A stretch of 63,460 nucleotides of DNA, the filler included, from Cladosporium halotolerans (lineage: Eukaryota): the NCBI RefSeq assembly GCF_011745625.1. It is 11 parts of 11 records of this genome, joined end to end, with 100 filler letters (N's around TTAATTAATTAA, not from the genome) between each part and the next. Parts side by side here need not be neighbours in the genome. Positions count along the whole stretch, not along the records: positions 6,136 to 12,166 come from NW_027191660.1; positions 12,267 to 18,235 come from NW_027191661.1; positions 18,336 to 24,244 come from NW_027191662.1; 8 more parts are not named here. One strand, 5' to 3'. Below, piece after piece: positions 11,040 to 22,622 of this stretch (its first letter is position 1; each line of letters begins with the position of its first letter). Position numbers and translations under genes: made by a program. The notes beneath the pieces were generated by a model, which saw only the letters and a list, made by a program, of their open reading frames with translations, was not told the origin of the DNA and did not search any database.

Positions 11040-12166
11040 CGAGAGGTTCTGGCTGCCAGGTGAGGGCGGCATCTGTATGCACTGCTGTGGGCCTGACCAC
11101 TTTGGCAAATGCACCGAACCAGCCAAATGCTTCGTCTGCGCGGGCGACCATGAAGGAGTCAAGCACCGATGTTCCGCAACGGGATGTGGGAAGAAATCAG
11201 GAACATGCGATCACGAAGTAGCAAGGTGCGCGAACTGTGGAGGCCAGCATATGGCCACCTCTCGTCGATGCCCCGAAAGGATGCAGCGAGCCCGAAAGCA
11301 CAAGGAGAAGCCTAGCACCGGGATACGGAGCAGTCCCCCCACGACTTTGGAAGACCAGATACCGATTGCAGGGCAGGAAGCTGATGTAGAGCACATGGAC
11401 GAGGATGTAGCTACACCCCAGGAGGGAGAATTTGCCGCCACTCAACCGCCAGCAGTGACACTGAGATCGGAAGGGATGCGGTCGAGCCCATCGTGGTCTG
11501 ACTCAACGTCGAACTCAGACATCGACAATGAACCGTCAACCCCGACTCCAAGAGGTAAAGGACAGACTCCGATGTCAGTTGATGATGATAGTGCTGCAAC
11601 ATAATTGTAACGGCACGTTGGTGCCAATGATGGCGGCTCTCGAGGCCGCCCTCGAGCGAAAAGCCGAAGTGGTGTGCTTGCAAGAGCCCTACGTCGCAAG
11701 AAAGAACGACGTCAGCCATCCAGGCTTTCAGATCAGATGGCCAGAATGTGAAAAGGGGGAGACGAGAGTCGCGCTGGCCATCAGGAACGATGTGCTGGAT
11801 CGGTACGTGTTTGAGGAAAGGACGGACCTGGTCAGCAGCCCGTATGTGCAATGCTTGGATGTATGGGAGACCCAGCGGCGGAGAAAGGTACGCCGTACGA
11901 GACTGATCAACATATACAACCGGGCGAGGATGGCAGGTGGCGGCTACGCAATCGATCGCGTGGACTTGGCGCAGCTGATTGATGGACGAGTCATCCTCGC
12001 CGGAGACTTCAACGCACGTAGCCCGGCTTGGGATCCGTGGGCGGCGAGGCGATGCAACGCCGGCACCACAGAAAAGCTCATCGAGGACCACGGACTGATC
12101 GTCAACAACAACGACCAGCCAACGAGATATGGCAAGAATTGTCGGTCGATCATCGACCTGACGTTG
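11040..12166 (+). mobile_element. 5'-truncated Tad1-clade LINE: ORF1 zinc knuckles plus ORF2 AP-endonuclease (cut by contig end)
   Basis: ERFW..GEGGICMHCCGPDH, CFVCAGDH, CANCGGQH; ORF2 MIVLQHNCN...CLQEPY...ILAGDFNA...SIIDLTL. Same family as 52677-56990. Confidence 0.93.
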
Positions 12167-14056
12167 NNNNNNNNNNNNNNNNNNNNNNNNNNNNNNNNNN
12201 NNNNNNNNNNTTAATTAATTAANNNNNNNNNNNNNNNNNNNNNNNNNNNNNNNNNNNNNNNNNNNNCGCGCAATTCCCATCACCTCGGTCGATGCAACGT
12301 CAGGGATCAAGGTCCGCAAGGTAGGGTCAAGCGATGGCATCGCGGCCTGCTGCTTCCTCGCCAAACCGACGCTCCAAAGACAGGTCTACTATTGCCGAAA
12401 GTCGAGCCGCGGCCGTACTCCTTCCACAGGGCCGGAAGCGCCCGATGTCAAGGGTGGAAACGGAAGGCAACCTTGTCAGGCCTCTTGCAGACTCCCTTGG
12501 AACAGTTGGCCTCGGGCTCTCCGATTTGGTCAGGTGGCCTGGTGCGGCCGAGGACGCACGTCTAAACCCTCGAAGCCCGCTTGGAGTTCAAATGCGATCT
12601 TATCGCTGACTAACAGACTGACTGGCTCACGTCCCTGGCGGAAGCATGACTCACGCCGCATTGGCGCAGACGGCCCGAAAGCTTCATAACTAGCAACGCC
12701 GCCTCCATTTGGCGAGACTTGGTTTAATGCAATATGGTCAGACTCACCTATCTCAGCAACTTCACAAGGAAACCGGAGCGCCGCTCGTCGCAGTGCATGT
12801 TGCGCGAGATGGATCGCCGTCTGTCGGGCGCAGCGGTTCGAACGAGCAAAGGAAGGTCGATCGAACTGTTAGGAAAAGAGCGGTATTGCAATACCGCACG
12901 GGGTACCGAGTCTTCTGATGATTCGCCGAACCAAGCGCCGATGTCGAGAAGGCTGACCTGACTCAATTTGGCCATGGGATCGTCTCGATCGGGCACCGGA
13001 GCGAGGCCAGGGCCGGCACAGCTTTTCGGCAGGGTCGATCCACACGGCCCTTCCTCACCCAGAGTCTCGGCTTGAGTCCCCGTCCGCAGCATGTCCACCA
13101 TGGCAGAAGAAGCAAGCCGGAGGAGATTGGATGCTAACCAATTCCGTCGATCAACCACGTCGGACAGTACTTCAAGTCTATCATGGCATGGGAGAAGCGG
13201 CACTATCACCCCATAGAGCCTCTTCCAACGTCCCTGTCGACGGTGGTCCTACGTTCTGAAGCGGTTCGTTGACATGTGGTGAACAAAGATAAGCTTCGTC
13301 ACTATGCCAGGGCTCATGATCGCCTTGCGATGAAGGCTCAGCAAGTGATTGAGTGCAGTGCGGTCAGGCCGGCCGCGGTTTTGTGGGGTTACAAAGACCG
13401 TCATTGGCTTGACGTACAACGGCACGGGGGGAATCCTTGCCGAACACTAATTGACGGCCTCAGGTTCTAGCGTCTTGGTAGAAGGCCCGGCAAGCATTTG
13501 GCAAGCTATGTCAGACAAGGTTCGATCGGGCTGTTGGTAAGTTATCCGGATCGAAATCCAAACAAAAGGTATGATATCCCATGCCCGGGATGGCGTGGTC
13601 TTGGTGGGATCTCTGGAAGCACACTTTGATGGTGTGTTGGGATCAGACAGACTGGACGAATCTTGTTCAACAGCTGTAGTCGAGCCATTGGGCTTCCCTG
13701 CCCTGGATACCAGCCTCGCTGTGCCGGCGGAAAATTCTTGTCCCGCTCCTGCTTGTGTTCAGGTGATGGACGTCCTCGGAAGCATGGAGACATGCACGCT
13801 GTCGAGCGGGTGCAGTACAGCGAGACCACTGCCTTTCCCCGGTGCCAAAGAGCCAGGCTTGTCAGATACGAGCGAAGGTTTGCGCCCAAAGTCAAGGGTA
13901 AAGGCAACGCGATAGTGATCTTAACAAAAGCATGTTGTGTGCTCTCGTGCCGCGCTGGGAGAAGCGACTCATTTTGCGTGCTGTCTCCAGTGACACATAT
14001 AACAGAGCTCGTAGCCCCAGCTCCTGCGCGACTTATACCTTTCACAACACTTCATC

Positions 14057-17000
14057 ATGTCTTGCGACGTACTTTTATCCGACATTATCAAAGACCGAGC
14101 AAGCCGCGACCCCGACGCTCCATTTGCCAAAGTGCCGAGAGGTAATGCCTACCGCAACGGATATCGCGTCGTCACCAACTCGGCCCTCGTCGCCGCGGTT
14201 GATCATGTCGCCGACCTCATCGAGACGACTTTTGGGCGTGGCTGTAATTTCGAGCGTGTTGCTTACCTGGGTCTCAATGATTTGAGGTACACGATCGTGC
14301 TACTTGCATGCATCGACACTGGCCACACCGTATTTTTTCCGAGTCCTCGCAACAGCGACGAAGCTCACAAGGCTCTGCTCGAGAGCCTGGGCTTCTCTAA
14401 GCTGATCTCTACATTTCCAGGGCCAGCCGGGGCGGAGGCTGTGGAGAGGGCAATATCGACGAAGCTTATCATTCCGACGCTTGACGAACTCTTGGACGTC
14501 ACGCCAACACGAAGTCCCGAGAAAGCCCGTCGACGGACTTTTGCCGAAGCCAGGACGGATCCCATATTCATCTTGCACACTTCGGGCTCGACCGGTATCC
14601 CGAAGGCTTTGACGTACACCACCGAATTCGTTTCTCGGGTCTACCATGCGCAAAGCCTCGTTCCGACCGACGGATTCGAAAGTGTGAATCAAACCTATCA
14701 GCAAGGTGCCTGCATCGTCACGCTGCCGCCGTTTCACATTGCCGGCTTAGCCTTCACGGTCCTCGTTCCTGCGTACTACGGCAGCATTCCGATATACCCG
14801 ATCGCCGGCACACCGCCTGGTCTCGGAGTGTTCCTCGGGGCTTTGAGCGCCACAGAGGCCGACTGGGCCTTTGTCTCACCCGTGCTTGTCAACCAGATCG
14901 GTAGGGCTCCAGAAATCCTGAGCAGAGTGGCGAGCAAACTGGACCGCCTGTTCTACACAGGGGGCTCAGTGCCTAGTGACTCAGGGACAGCGGTCGCGCG
15001 GAAAATGGGAGTGGACCAAGTCCTCGGCAGCAGCGAGTGTGCTGCCTTTCCTCTCCAGCGAGCAAAGGGTCCGAGACACGAAGAGGATTGGCAACATGTT
15101 CATGTTCATTCTGCGGCCAAAGTCGAATTTCGCCGCGACAACGCAGACTGCTACGAGATGGTACAAGTGCGGAGGCTGGATGAGGCCGCCGGAGGAGCAG
15201 GTCAGAGATACCAGCCCGTCTTCTGCCACTTTGGCGACGTGAAGTCTTACCCTACGAAAGATCTTTTCGTGAAGCATGCTTCTCTACCGAACACCTTTAC
15301 CCACATGGGCAGGACTGACGACATCATCGTCTTTCTCAACGGAGAAAAGACGAACCCGACAAGCTTCGAGAACCAGATGGCTGAGCACCCGCATGTGCAG
15401 GCTGCGCTGGTCGTCGGACAAGAGCGCCAAGAAGCAGCGCTTCTCGTCGAGCCGACGGACGCACAGCCGCTCTCGAACATTGCCAAGAAAGAGTTGATCG
15501 ATACCATCTGGCCGACGGTGGAGAAGTGCAACAAACTCTGCCTGCGACACGCGAAAGTGTCCAAGACCAAGATACTCGTCGTGCCTTCGGCAAAGTCGTT
15601 CATCAGGGTCGGCAAAGGCACGGTGCAGCGTCGTCGCACCGTGGAACTTTTCAAAGATGCCATCGATGGCTTGTACGAAGAAGGCGAGGGTGCAGTAGGT
15701 AGAAGCCACCCTCTCACATCCAACGCTCCCAATATGGCGTTGACGCATGAGGACGCTGCTGTCGTCGTCAGGCGGGCATTGGCCGATGTTGGGTACGAGG
15801 CTCAGTCGCCGTCGACGGACTTCTTCCAGAACGGCATGGACTCTTTGCAAGCGATCCAGTTCGGACGAGCTTTGAGATCGAATTTGCCTCAGGTGTCAGT
15901 GGAAGCGGGCACGATCTACGACAACCCTACCGTCGACTCATTGGCGTTCGCACTTTCGCGGGCGACTCTCGAAGAAAGCCGTTCCGTTGTCGGGATGGTA
16001 GATGTGGAGGAGACCTTGCACGTCTACCAGTCGAAGATAGACGCGCTCTTTGAGCCGAGTGGCTTGATGCTGAAGCCGCCAGAGGAAGCGGAGGAAAGCA
16101 CATCGACGCTGGTGTCGGAGGGGGCGATCCTTCTGACGGGTTCGACTGGAGCGCTGGGTTCGCATTTGCTCAACACCCTGCTGGAGCGGGGAACGCAGAT
16201 GGTGTACTGCCTGAACCGGTCCAAGGATTCCAGGAACGTTCAGATCGAGAGCAACAGGAAGAGAGGCTTACCGCTTGCGTTTTCCGAAGACCGTGTGAAG
16301 TTCTTTACGGCGGATCTTGCCCTACCACAGCTTGGACCGCGGCACACTGACTTCGCAGAGCTCCAACGATCTGTGACGCGCATCATCCACAATGCCTGGT
16401 CTGTGGACTTCAACAAGTCCCTGCAGTCGTTCGCCGATTGCCTTGATGGCGTCGTCGGACTCGTCGGCTTCGCAGCCGCCAGCCCCCGTCCCGTGACCGT
16501 CCAATTTGTGTCTTCCATCGCGTCTGCCAGAGGGACTGGTCAAGATCAGATCGTACCCGAAGCAGTCCTCGACAGCACACGCGGGCCGGCGTCGACTGGG
16601 TACGGACAATCAAAGGACGTGGCCGAGAAGATGTTGGCGCGTGCCTCGAAAGTCCTCGGCATCAGGAGCATGTCAGTACGGGTCGGTCAGGTCTCTGGGG
16701 ATGCTCTACGGAAAAGAGGCTGGAACCGCCAAGAGTGGCTTCCCAGTCTGGTCGTCAGCTCCCTCCACCTAGGCGTTCTGCCGGAAAGCCTTGGATGTGC
16801 CGAGGACGGGAATGAGGTGCGATGGATACCGGTGGACTCTGCCGCCAGGATTCTGCATGACATGTCGGGGAAAACCATAGCCACCGGCGGCAATGAAACC
16901 CTGAACGTGGTGCACCCGAAGCCGACGCCGTGGGCAGAGCTGCTACCGGCGGTTCAGACTGTACTCGACAAAGTGGAAAGCGAACGTGGAGGCAAGCCGC

Positions 17001-17266
17001 TAGAGATCGTCACCTACGGCGAATGGTGCCAGAAGTTGAAAGCTACTTCTGAAATGGAGACGCTCGACAGCCAGACCATGTCTGCGAACCCTGCTGTCAA
17101 GCTTCTTCCTTTCTTCGAGAGCTTGCTTTCTGAGAAGCCTATGTTCGGTGCGTTCGCAATTGATAGAGCTATGGCTAGCAGCGAGTTTATGCGGGCGCTG
17201 GAGCCTTTGCCGAGTGACTGTCTACAGGCCTGGGCCACCAAATGGATTGAGGGCAAGGATTCCTAG
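14057..17266 (+). CDS. NRPS-like A-T-R enzyme (carboxylic acid reductase type), 1069 aa
   Basis: A domain FILHTSGSTGIPK, PPFHIAG, TKDLF, GRTDDIIVFLNGEK, GKGTVQRR; T domain FFQNGMDSL; R domain LLTGSTGALG, IIHNAW, YGQSK. Confidence 0.93.
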   Translation: MSCDVLLSDIIKDRASRDPDAPFAKVPRGNAYRNGYRVVTNSALVAAVDHVADLIETTFGRGCNFERVAYLGLNDLRYTIVLLACIDTGHTVFFPSPRNSDEAHKALLESLGFSKLISTFPGPAGAEAVERAISTKLIIPTLDELLDVTPTRSPEKARRRTFAEARTDPIFILHTSGSTGIPKALTYTTEFVSRVYHAQSLVPTDGFESVNQTYQQGACIVTLPPFHIAGLAFTVLVPAYYGSIPIYPIAGTPPGLGVFLGALSATEADWAFVSPVLVNQIGRAPEILSRVASKLDRLFYTGGSVPSDSGTAVARKMGVDQVLGSSECAAFPLQRAKGPRHEEDWQHVHVHSAAKVEFRRDNADCYEMVQVRRLDEAAGGAGQRYQPVFCHFGDVKSYPTKDLFVKHASLPNTFTHMGRTDDIIVFLNGEKTNPTSFENQMAEHPHVQAALVVGQERQEAALLVEPTDAQPLSNIAKKELIDTIWPTVEKCNKLCLRHAKVSKTKILVVPSAKSFIRVGKGTVQRRRTVELFKDAIDGLYEEGEGAVGRSHPLTSNAPNMALTHEDAAVVVRRALADVGYEAQSPSTDFFQNGMDSLQAIQFGRALRSNLPQVSVEAGTIYDNPTVDSLAFALSRATLEESRSVVGMVDVEETLHVYQSKIDALFEPSGLMLKPPEEAEESTSTLVSEGAILLTGSTGALGSHLLNTLLERGTQMVYCLNRSKDSRNVQIESNRKRGLPLAFSEDRVKFFTADLALPQLGPRHTDFAELQRSVTRIIHNAWSVDFNKSLQSFADCLDGVVGLVGFAAASPRPVTVQFVSSIASARGTGQDQIVPEAVLDSTRGPASTGYGQSKDVAEKMLARASKVLGIRSMSVRVGQVSGDALRKRGWNRQEWLPSLVVSSLHLGVLPESLGCAEDGNEVRWIPVDSAARILHDMSGKTIATGGNETLNVVHPKPTPWAELLPAVQTVLDKVESERGGKPLEIVTYGEWCQKLKATSEMETLDSQTMSANPAVKLLPFFESLLSEKPMFGAFAIDRAMASSEFMRALEPLPSDCLQAWATKWIEGKDS

Positions 17267-17721
17267 GCAGCATCGGTGTTGCTTTGAAGAGAAACGATCT
17301 CGTGGTCTGATCAGGAGATTTGTAGAGGTTGTATTCAGGCGCGTATCACTTTACTTGGGAACTTGCAATTGCTATTGCGATGCCATCACGTTCGTTGGTC
17401 TCGATCCTGGTCAAGGTAAGCCGATGCAGATGTGAGCGTGAAGCGCCGGTCGAAGACGACATTTCAGTGACGAGGTTCAACAGGAGTGCCCGCCCGCTTG
17501 GGAAGCCGGTCGCTCAATGGAAAGCACTTTACTATAAGGATGCACTGTTTTGCAGCGTTCGAGGTTGCATTGTACCTGCGATCCTGCGCATCCAGTTCGT
17601 CGCTTCATATTGACGAGCCTAGCGCTCCTCTGCTTACATCTTCAGTCACTACTCATGGCGGTCAAGACTTACACATGCAAGTTGGACGATCAAATGTTCC
17701 GGTACCGCATGTAACATTGCC

Positions 17722-18235
17722 CTAGCTAAATATGAGATCGGAATAGGCCGGGCCCCTGGCGAACGACCTGGACATGATCATGTTGTCCACCCTCCGGGCG
17801 ACGACGTCCCAATCGCGACCCCTTGGAAGCTCGTGTCCGACTTCTGAGGTGACCACAGTCGCGTTTTCCGGTTTGCACAGCTTGATCAAGTCGTGCGAAC
17901 GTGCTGCGAAAACATCATGCAGCCCGACAACGTGCAGCGTGGGCACGGCGATCAGCGCCGGTATGGCGCCTGAACACAGCGCGTACACACAGTCCAAGGC
18001 AGGACATCCGTGATCTATGTTTCCCTCTTCGAAGCTTTTCAGCGAATCTCGTACGTCGCTCTCAAGCATCCTTATTCCTAGCTCTTCAGACGGCGAGAGG
18101 ACGTTGACGGCATTGAAGAACACGGCGAACCCGAAGATCGGTTCAACAAGTGGTCCTTTGCCAGCAGCATCCTCGAGGAGGAGAGCTGCCGCAAGCGCGG
18201 CGCCTTCGGAAAAGCCGATGACCCCGTCGTAAGGT
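17722..18235 (-). CDS. FSH1/DUF341-type serine hydrolase, C-terminal part
   Basis: YDGVIGFSEGAALAA (GxSxG), PTLHVVGLHD (Asp), VGHELP (His). 5' part cut by contig edge. Confidence 0.85.
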
Positions 18236-18341
18236 NNNNNNNNNNNNNNNNNNNNNNNNNNNNNNNNNNNNNNNNNNNNTTAATTAATTAANNNNNNNNN
18301 NNNNNNNNNNNNNNNNNNNNNNNNNNNNNNNNNNNCGCCTT

Positions 18342-18464
18342 AGGGTTAGTAGGAGATCAGTGTTCTCCTCCGTTGCCTTTTGGCGAGGGTTAGTAGGAGA
18401 TCAGTGTTCTCCTCCGTTGCCTTTTGGCGAGGAGATCAGTGTTCTCCTCCGTTGCCTTTTGGCG
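18342..18464. repeat. Three tandem copies of a 35-44 bp unit, two carrying AGGGTTAG
   Basis: AGGAGATCAGTGTTCTCCTCCGTTGCCTTTTGGCG in units 18342-18385, 18386-18429 and 18430-18464. Confidence 0.92.
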
Positions 18465-18469
18465 AGGAA

Positions 18470-19493
18470 CGTCTTCGAAGGCAGAGAAGTCGAGCGTTCT
18501 GGTGTCTATTAGCGTTGCATGGAAAGACACGAGCCGGAAAGACTACTCACTCTACCATGGGAATTTTCGACTTGACATATTCCAAGCGCCAATTGTTGTC
18601 GACTATGATTACCCGGGATGCCCCTTCCATGAAAGCATAGTCGGCGCACATCTGACCGATGGGACCTGGTTGCAATGATCAGACTAGCCAAAAGCATCGA
18701 CAGTTGTGGGATTCGTTTACCTGCTCCCCAAATACCTACAACGTCACCCTCTTTGATGCCAGTGTCTACGACACAGTGATATGAAGTTGCAAGTACGTCT
18801 GACAAGTACAAGCCTGGATACCAGTCAGCACCGGAGTCGTTCAACATCTTCACTTTAAAGGCGAGAGTGCCACCTACCCTTCTCGTCTGGTACGTCATCC
18901 GGCAGCGGAAGCAGGTTGACGTCGCCATACGGAACCCTCACATATTCCGCTTGACCCCCAGCAAAACCTCCAGTAAAGTGGGAGTACCCGAATATGCCAG
19001 CTGTCGCTTCGCCGTACATGCCCCGCGCCATTTCATTCGAGCATGTCTTCTCACACTGACTCGACAGTTTCTTATTGCAATAATAGCATTCGCCGCAAGC
19101 AATTTGGAAGCTTGCCACAACTCTGTCTCCCACCTTGATCCCTCGGGCATTGTTTTTCGCATTCTCGCCAATTTCCTCTACCACGCCGCAGAACTCGTGG
19201 CCGAGGATGTCGCCGGACTTGCACTGGACGATCGCGCCGTGAAGTAGGTGGAGATCGCTGCCGCAGATGGTGGTGCCAGTAACTCGAACAATGATGTCTC
19301 TTTGATTGGTGTCAAACAGAACTGGTTTGGGGGTCTCGATTACACGGACGTCATTCTTGGAATTCCAGACCAAAGCTTTCATAGTTTCCGTAGGATGTCC
19401 GTAGGCTTTGCGGTCCATGGCAGGGTTGCTCACATCTTGTATAATGGTATTACTACCACCCTTCGAATGCGAGTTGGTTGATGTGGAAGTCAT
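18470..19493 (-). CDS. Zn-dependent medium-chain (formaldehyde dehydrogenase-like) dehydrogenase; intron-containing, 3' end truncated
   Basis: TICGSDLH, LGHEFCG, CGECYYC..C, GGQAEYVRVP, LSDVLATSYH, GIWGAGPIG. Three GT-AG introns. Last exon runs into the tandem repeat. Confidence 0.88.
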
Positions 19494-19689
19494 GCCTGAT
19501 CTGATGGATGATGAACAATAGTTTCACGATCGTGAGCAGTGGGGTTTGAATGGGAGGAGAAAGTTATAACTCTAGCGGGGAAAGGCGAGATGAAGCTAGA
19601 CTTATAATGTTGAGGAGAATGCCACGTCGGCACATGTTCGTCATGGCATCAATGACATCGGAATGACTCTGCTCATGTCAATTAATGCG

Positions 19690-21670
19690 TTACACGTCCA
19701 GATGACATGCAGGTGATATCGCAAACGTTCATGCGAAGTGAGGAGTGACGCCTACACGTCTTCATGATATCTGGATGACACCGCCTACCTATACTTATGT
19801 TCAGTAGGAAGCTACGCTAACACGTCTTAATGATTTCTGGATGATATCATTCCTCGCTACCTATATCGAATGAGATACGTAATGCTCGTACTCTAAATTA
19901 CATCACTTCTAAGAATATCTAATATTCCGGATGCTGATATGAGTATATAGTGATGTAATACGTTGGATATTACATCGCTTTTGTGATTGAGTTGCCTATC
20001 AGATGGATGACATCCGCACGGATCCGGTTGAGCTTATATGTCGCAAACCCCTCTTTATGCCAAGCGAGGGATGACGCCAATACGTCTTCATGATATTTGG
20101 ATAACACTGCCTACTCATCTGACATCGCCGGTACGGAGAAAACATCCAGTGCCATCGCCGACAGCTGCGGCCACATGGCTTTTTTCCTCCATCCAAGACG
20201 AGCTTGGTGACTTATTCACAGGCAATGACTTGTCGTGCGGCGGTTCCGCATAGTATTGTGCCTGCTGATCTACGGATGACCGCAGGTTCTCGTCGTCATC
20301 CGACCACTCATCCACTTGCTCTGAGACTGCCTTCGGTGAGTTTGGCCTGTCATCTGGTGTCCCTTCGCTCCTGTAGCACCTCCATAGCTGCTCAATGCTG
20401 ACCCTGGCTTGATTTATCCATTCCTGGCGGCCTGCCCAGTCCTCGAACCAGCGCCACTTCTGTCCAGGATGCAAGACGACAGCGGCACAAAAGATAGGCC
20501 ACTGGTCAAGCTTTGTATAATATTCATCCAGCTTTTGCCAGCCAAGATTAATGTTGGTGCTAAAATGGTGCTCGACCATCAGGTAACTCGAAGCTATCGG
20601 TGCCGCGTGTTCTCGACCGTACGATTGCTCTGAACTCAGGCTGCAAAGTTCTACTGGCCGGTGGATGCGCCGTTGCTCTTCTAGATGGGTCAGCAATTGT
20701 TCAAACACCGGTAGCACCTGCCATATAGTGCCAGTACAGCCTCCAATCTGTCCTTGGAGATACAGCGTCGCACTCTTGGATGGTCGGAGTATCTCATGAT
20801 ATTGTATTACAACATCCCAGTCATCCGAAGTGAGCTGGTCACGCAACACAGATGGCTCCTTCCCTTTCACGTAACGCCGCTCGTGGCGCTTCAAGTCCGG
20901 GCGTCTCTGGAAGTAGGACCAACTGTCACGTTCTTCTTCGATGAAGTCGTCAATGCACGCACGGAGCGCGATAGCACGCTCTACACAGTCGTCGAAAGAA
21001 TTCCACCGGGTGACGTTATCCTTGACAAGTTTGAGGACGATACCGCCTTCGGTACCTGTGTTGTTTCTGCGCTGGATGTTCTCGAAAGCTTCGATCCGCT
21101 GAGGCGATCCGGTAATGTATCTGACCACGTTGTGCAGCTTGCCCGCCGGTCCCTTCTTACGCCACTTCATGAGTTCATGTTCTTCCACATTGAGATCTTG
21201 CAGCTTTGTCTCAAATGCATCGAGATCCTTCCAGAAGAGGACAGCTGCTGCGACGGGATTCAGGACATGCCCAGCGCAGCGCACGTGGCGTTCAGCACTG
21301 CCGAAGCCGAACTCCTCACCTAGGAAATGGAGGTAGGTAGTGTTGTTCGAAGCATTGCCCGTGACGAAGTAGCCAAGTTTGCTACCAATATCAAATTCGC
21401 GGATAACCTCGGCTACTATTTCCAAGATGTTATGTCCGCAATGCTTCCCGTTTTCTCGAGGGAGGTTGAGCAGCACGGTACGAGGTGCGCCGGAATGGTC
21501 AAGAAAATGTGCGACAAGACCTAAAAGCGCCAATTTGGTTTGCGACATCCACAGATCAAATGAGAGGGTGATCCGCGTTGCCGCTGTGCGAATTACTCCT
21601 TTCACAGCCTCTAGCTGCTGGTCGTAGGCTCTGGCTACCCATCTCTGCTTTGTAACTAGGCACGGCATCT
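19690..21670 (-). mobile_element. Defective hAT transposon (second lineage) with subterminal repeats
   Basis: ORF 20115-21668: LSFDLW, TGNASNN, RCAGHVLN, TRWNS, GWQKLDEYY. After a frameshift, WPQLSAMALDVFSVPAMSDE stops before the catalytic Glu. Repeats ACGTCTTCATGATATYTGGAT at ~19756, ~19822 (variant), ~20082. Confidence 0.88.
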
Positions 21671-21678
21671 GGCAGAAT

Positions 21679-22622
21679 GTGACTACCTCTGGTTTTATGC
21701 ATCAAGCATCGTCGTCCGATGATCGATTTTGGTATAGGGTGCAGCCTGGTGACGGCATTGTCGCATCTGAGCTTTTGGAGACAGTCAAGGTTTCCGGCAG
21801 ATATCTTCGGACCTTCGCAAGGTCATGTTTCACTCTGCCGCAAGAAAGATATCACATCGCGTGGTCACCACAATGGGTTCCAGTTGAGTCAATATCAGGA
21901 TACTTGAAGGACGCTCTCTGGTCGAAGGTGCGTTCGACATTCTGGAGCTTGATTGATACACTAGGCGAAGACGTGATATGGCGGGAGGAAATCGAGCAGC
22001 TCATCACCCTTTCCTACAGCACTTCACAGCACCCGTCTATCAGGCAAGGGTGTATGACATGTGAGACTAGAAGTCCATGCGAACATTCTGTCGACGACAA
22101 CAAGCCAGAAGGGTACGTCAGCAATGTGGTTGAACACTACCGATGCGTGACACCATGCCTATCCGAGTCGTGCCCCACCAGCTACAGTCTCGCCGGTGAT
22201 CGAATACTAATATCTGACAGCACGTCTCAAAAACACCAGCAGTCGTATCCAAAACATCCAGAAAAGGTCTGGAGTATGGAAACGGTGAGTCTCTGTTAGT
22301 CCTTGGCGGTTGAGAAAGGCACAGCGCACTCATGTCTTATCTCCAGCTCAATCGCTTGCATTGTGCTATCCATAAGTACGAAAGTGATCGATGGATTGTC
22401 GTTTCAAAGCTGGTGGGTAACAGCATCTCTAACGACGACTGCCGTCAGAAGGCGAAGGAACTGGGTCTCTGGTCGTCTACGATGGGCGTGTTGGGAATGC
22501 ATGATAGCCTGCCACACGAGATTGGCTGTACGAGGTTCGCAGTAACACACAACTTGCGCGCCCGTCAGACTCACCTTGAAGTGGTTCCCCAACGCAGTAT
22601 TGTCACGTCTTCAACGCAGTAA
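21679..22622 (+). CDS. Hypothetical protein with C-terminal Myb/SANT-like motif (intron 22285-22346)
   Basis: Phase-0 GTGAGT...CAG intron joins VWSMET to LNRLHCAIHKYESDRWIVVSKLVG...CRQKAKEL. True start and end uncertain. Confidence 0.5.

Noticed and set aside
18336..18350. True chromosome end
   Set aside because: Fewer than two full repeats and wrong orientation for a left telomere
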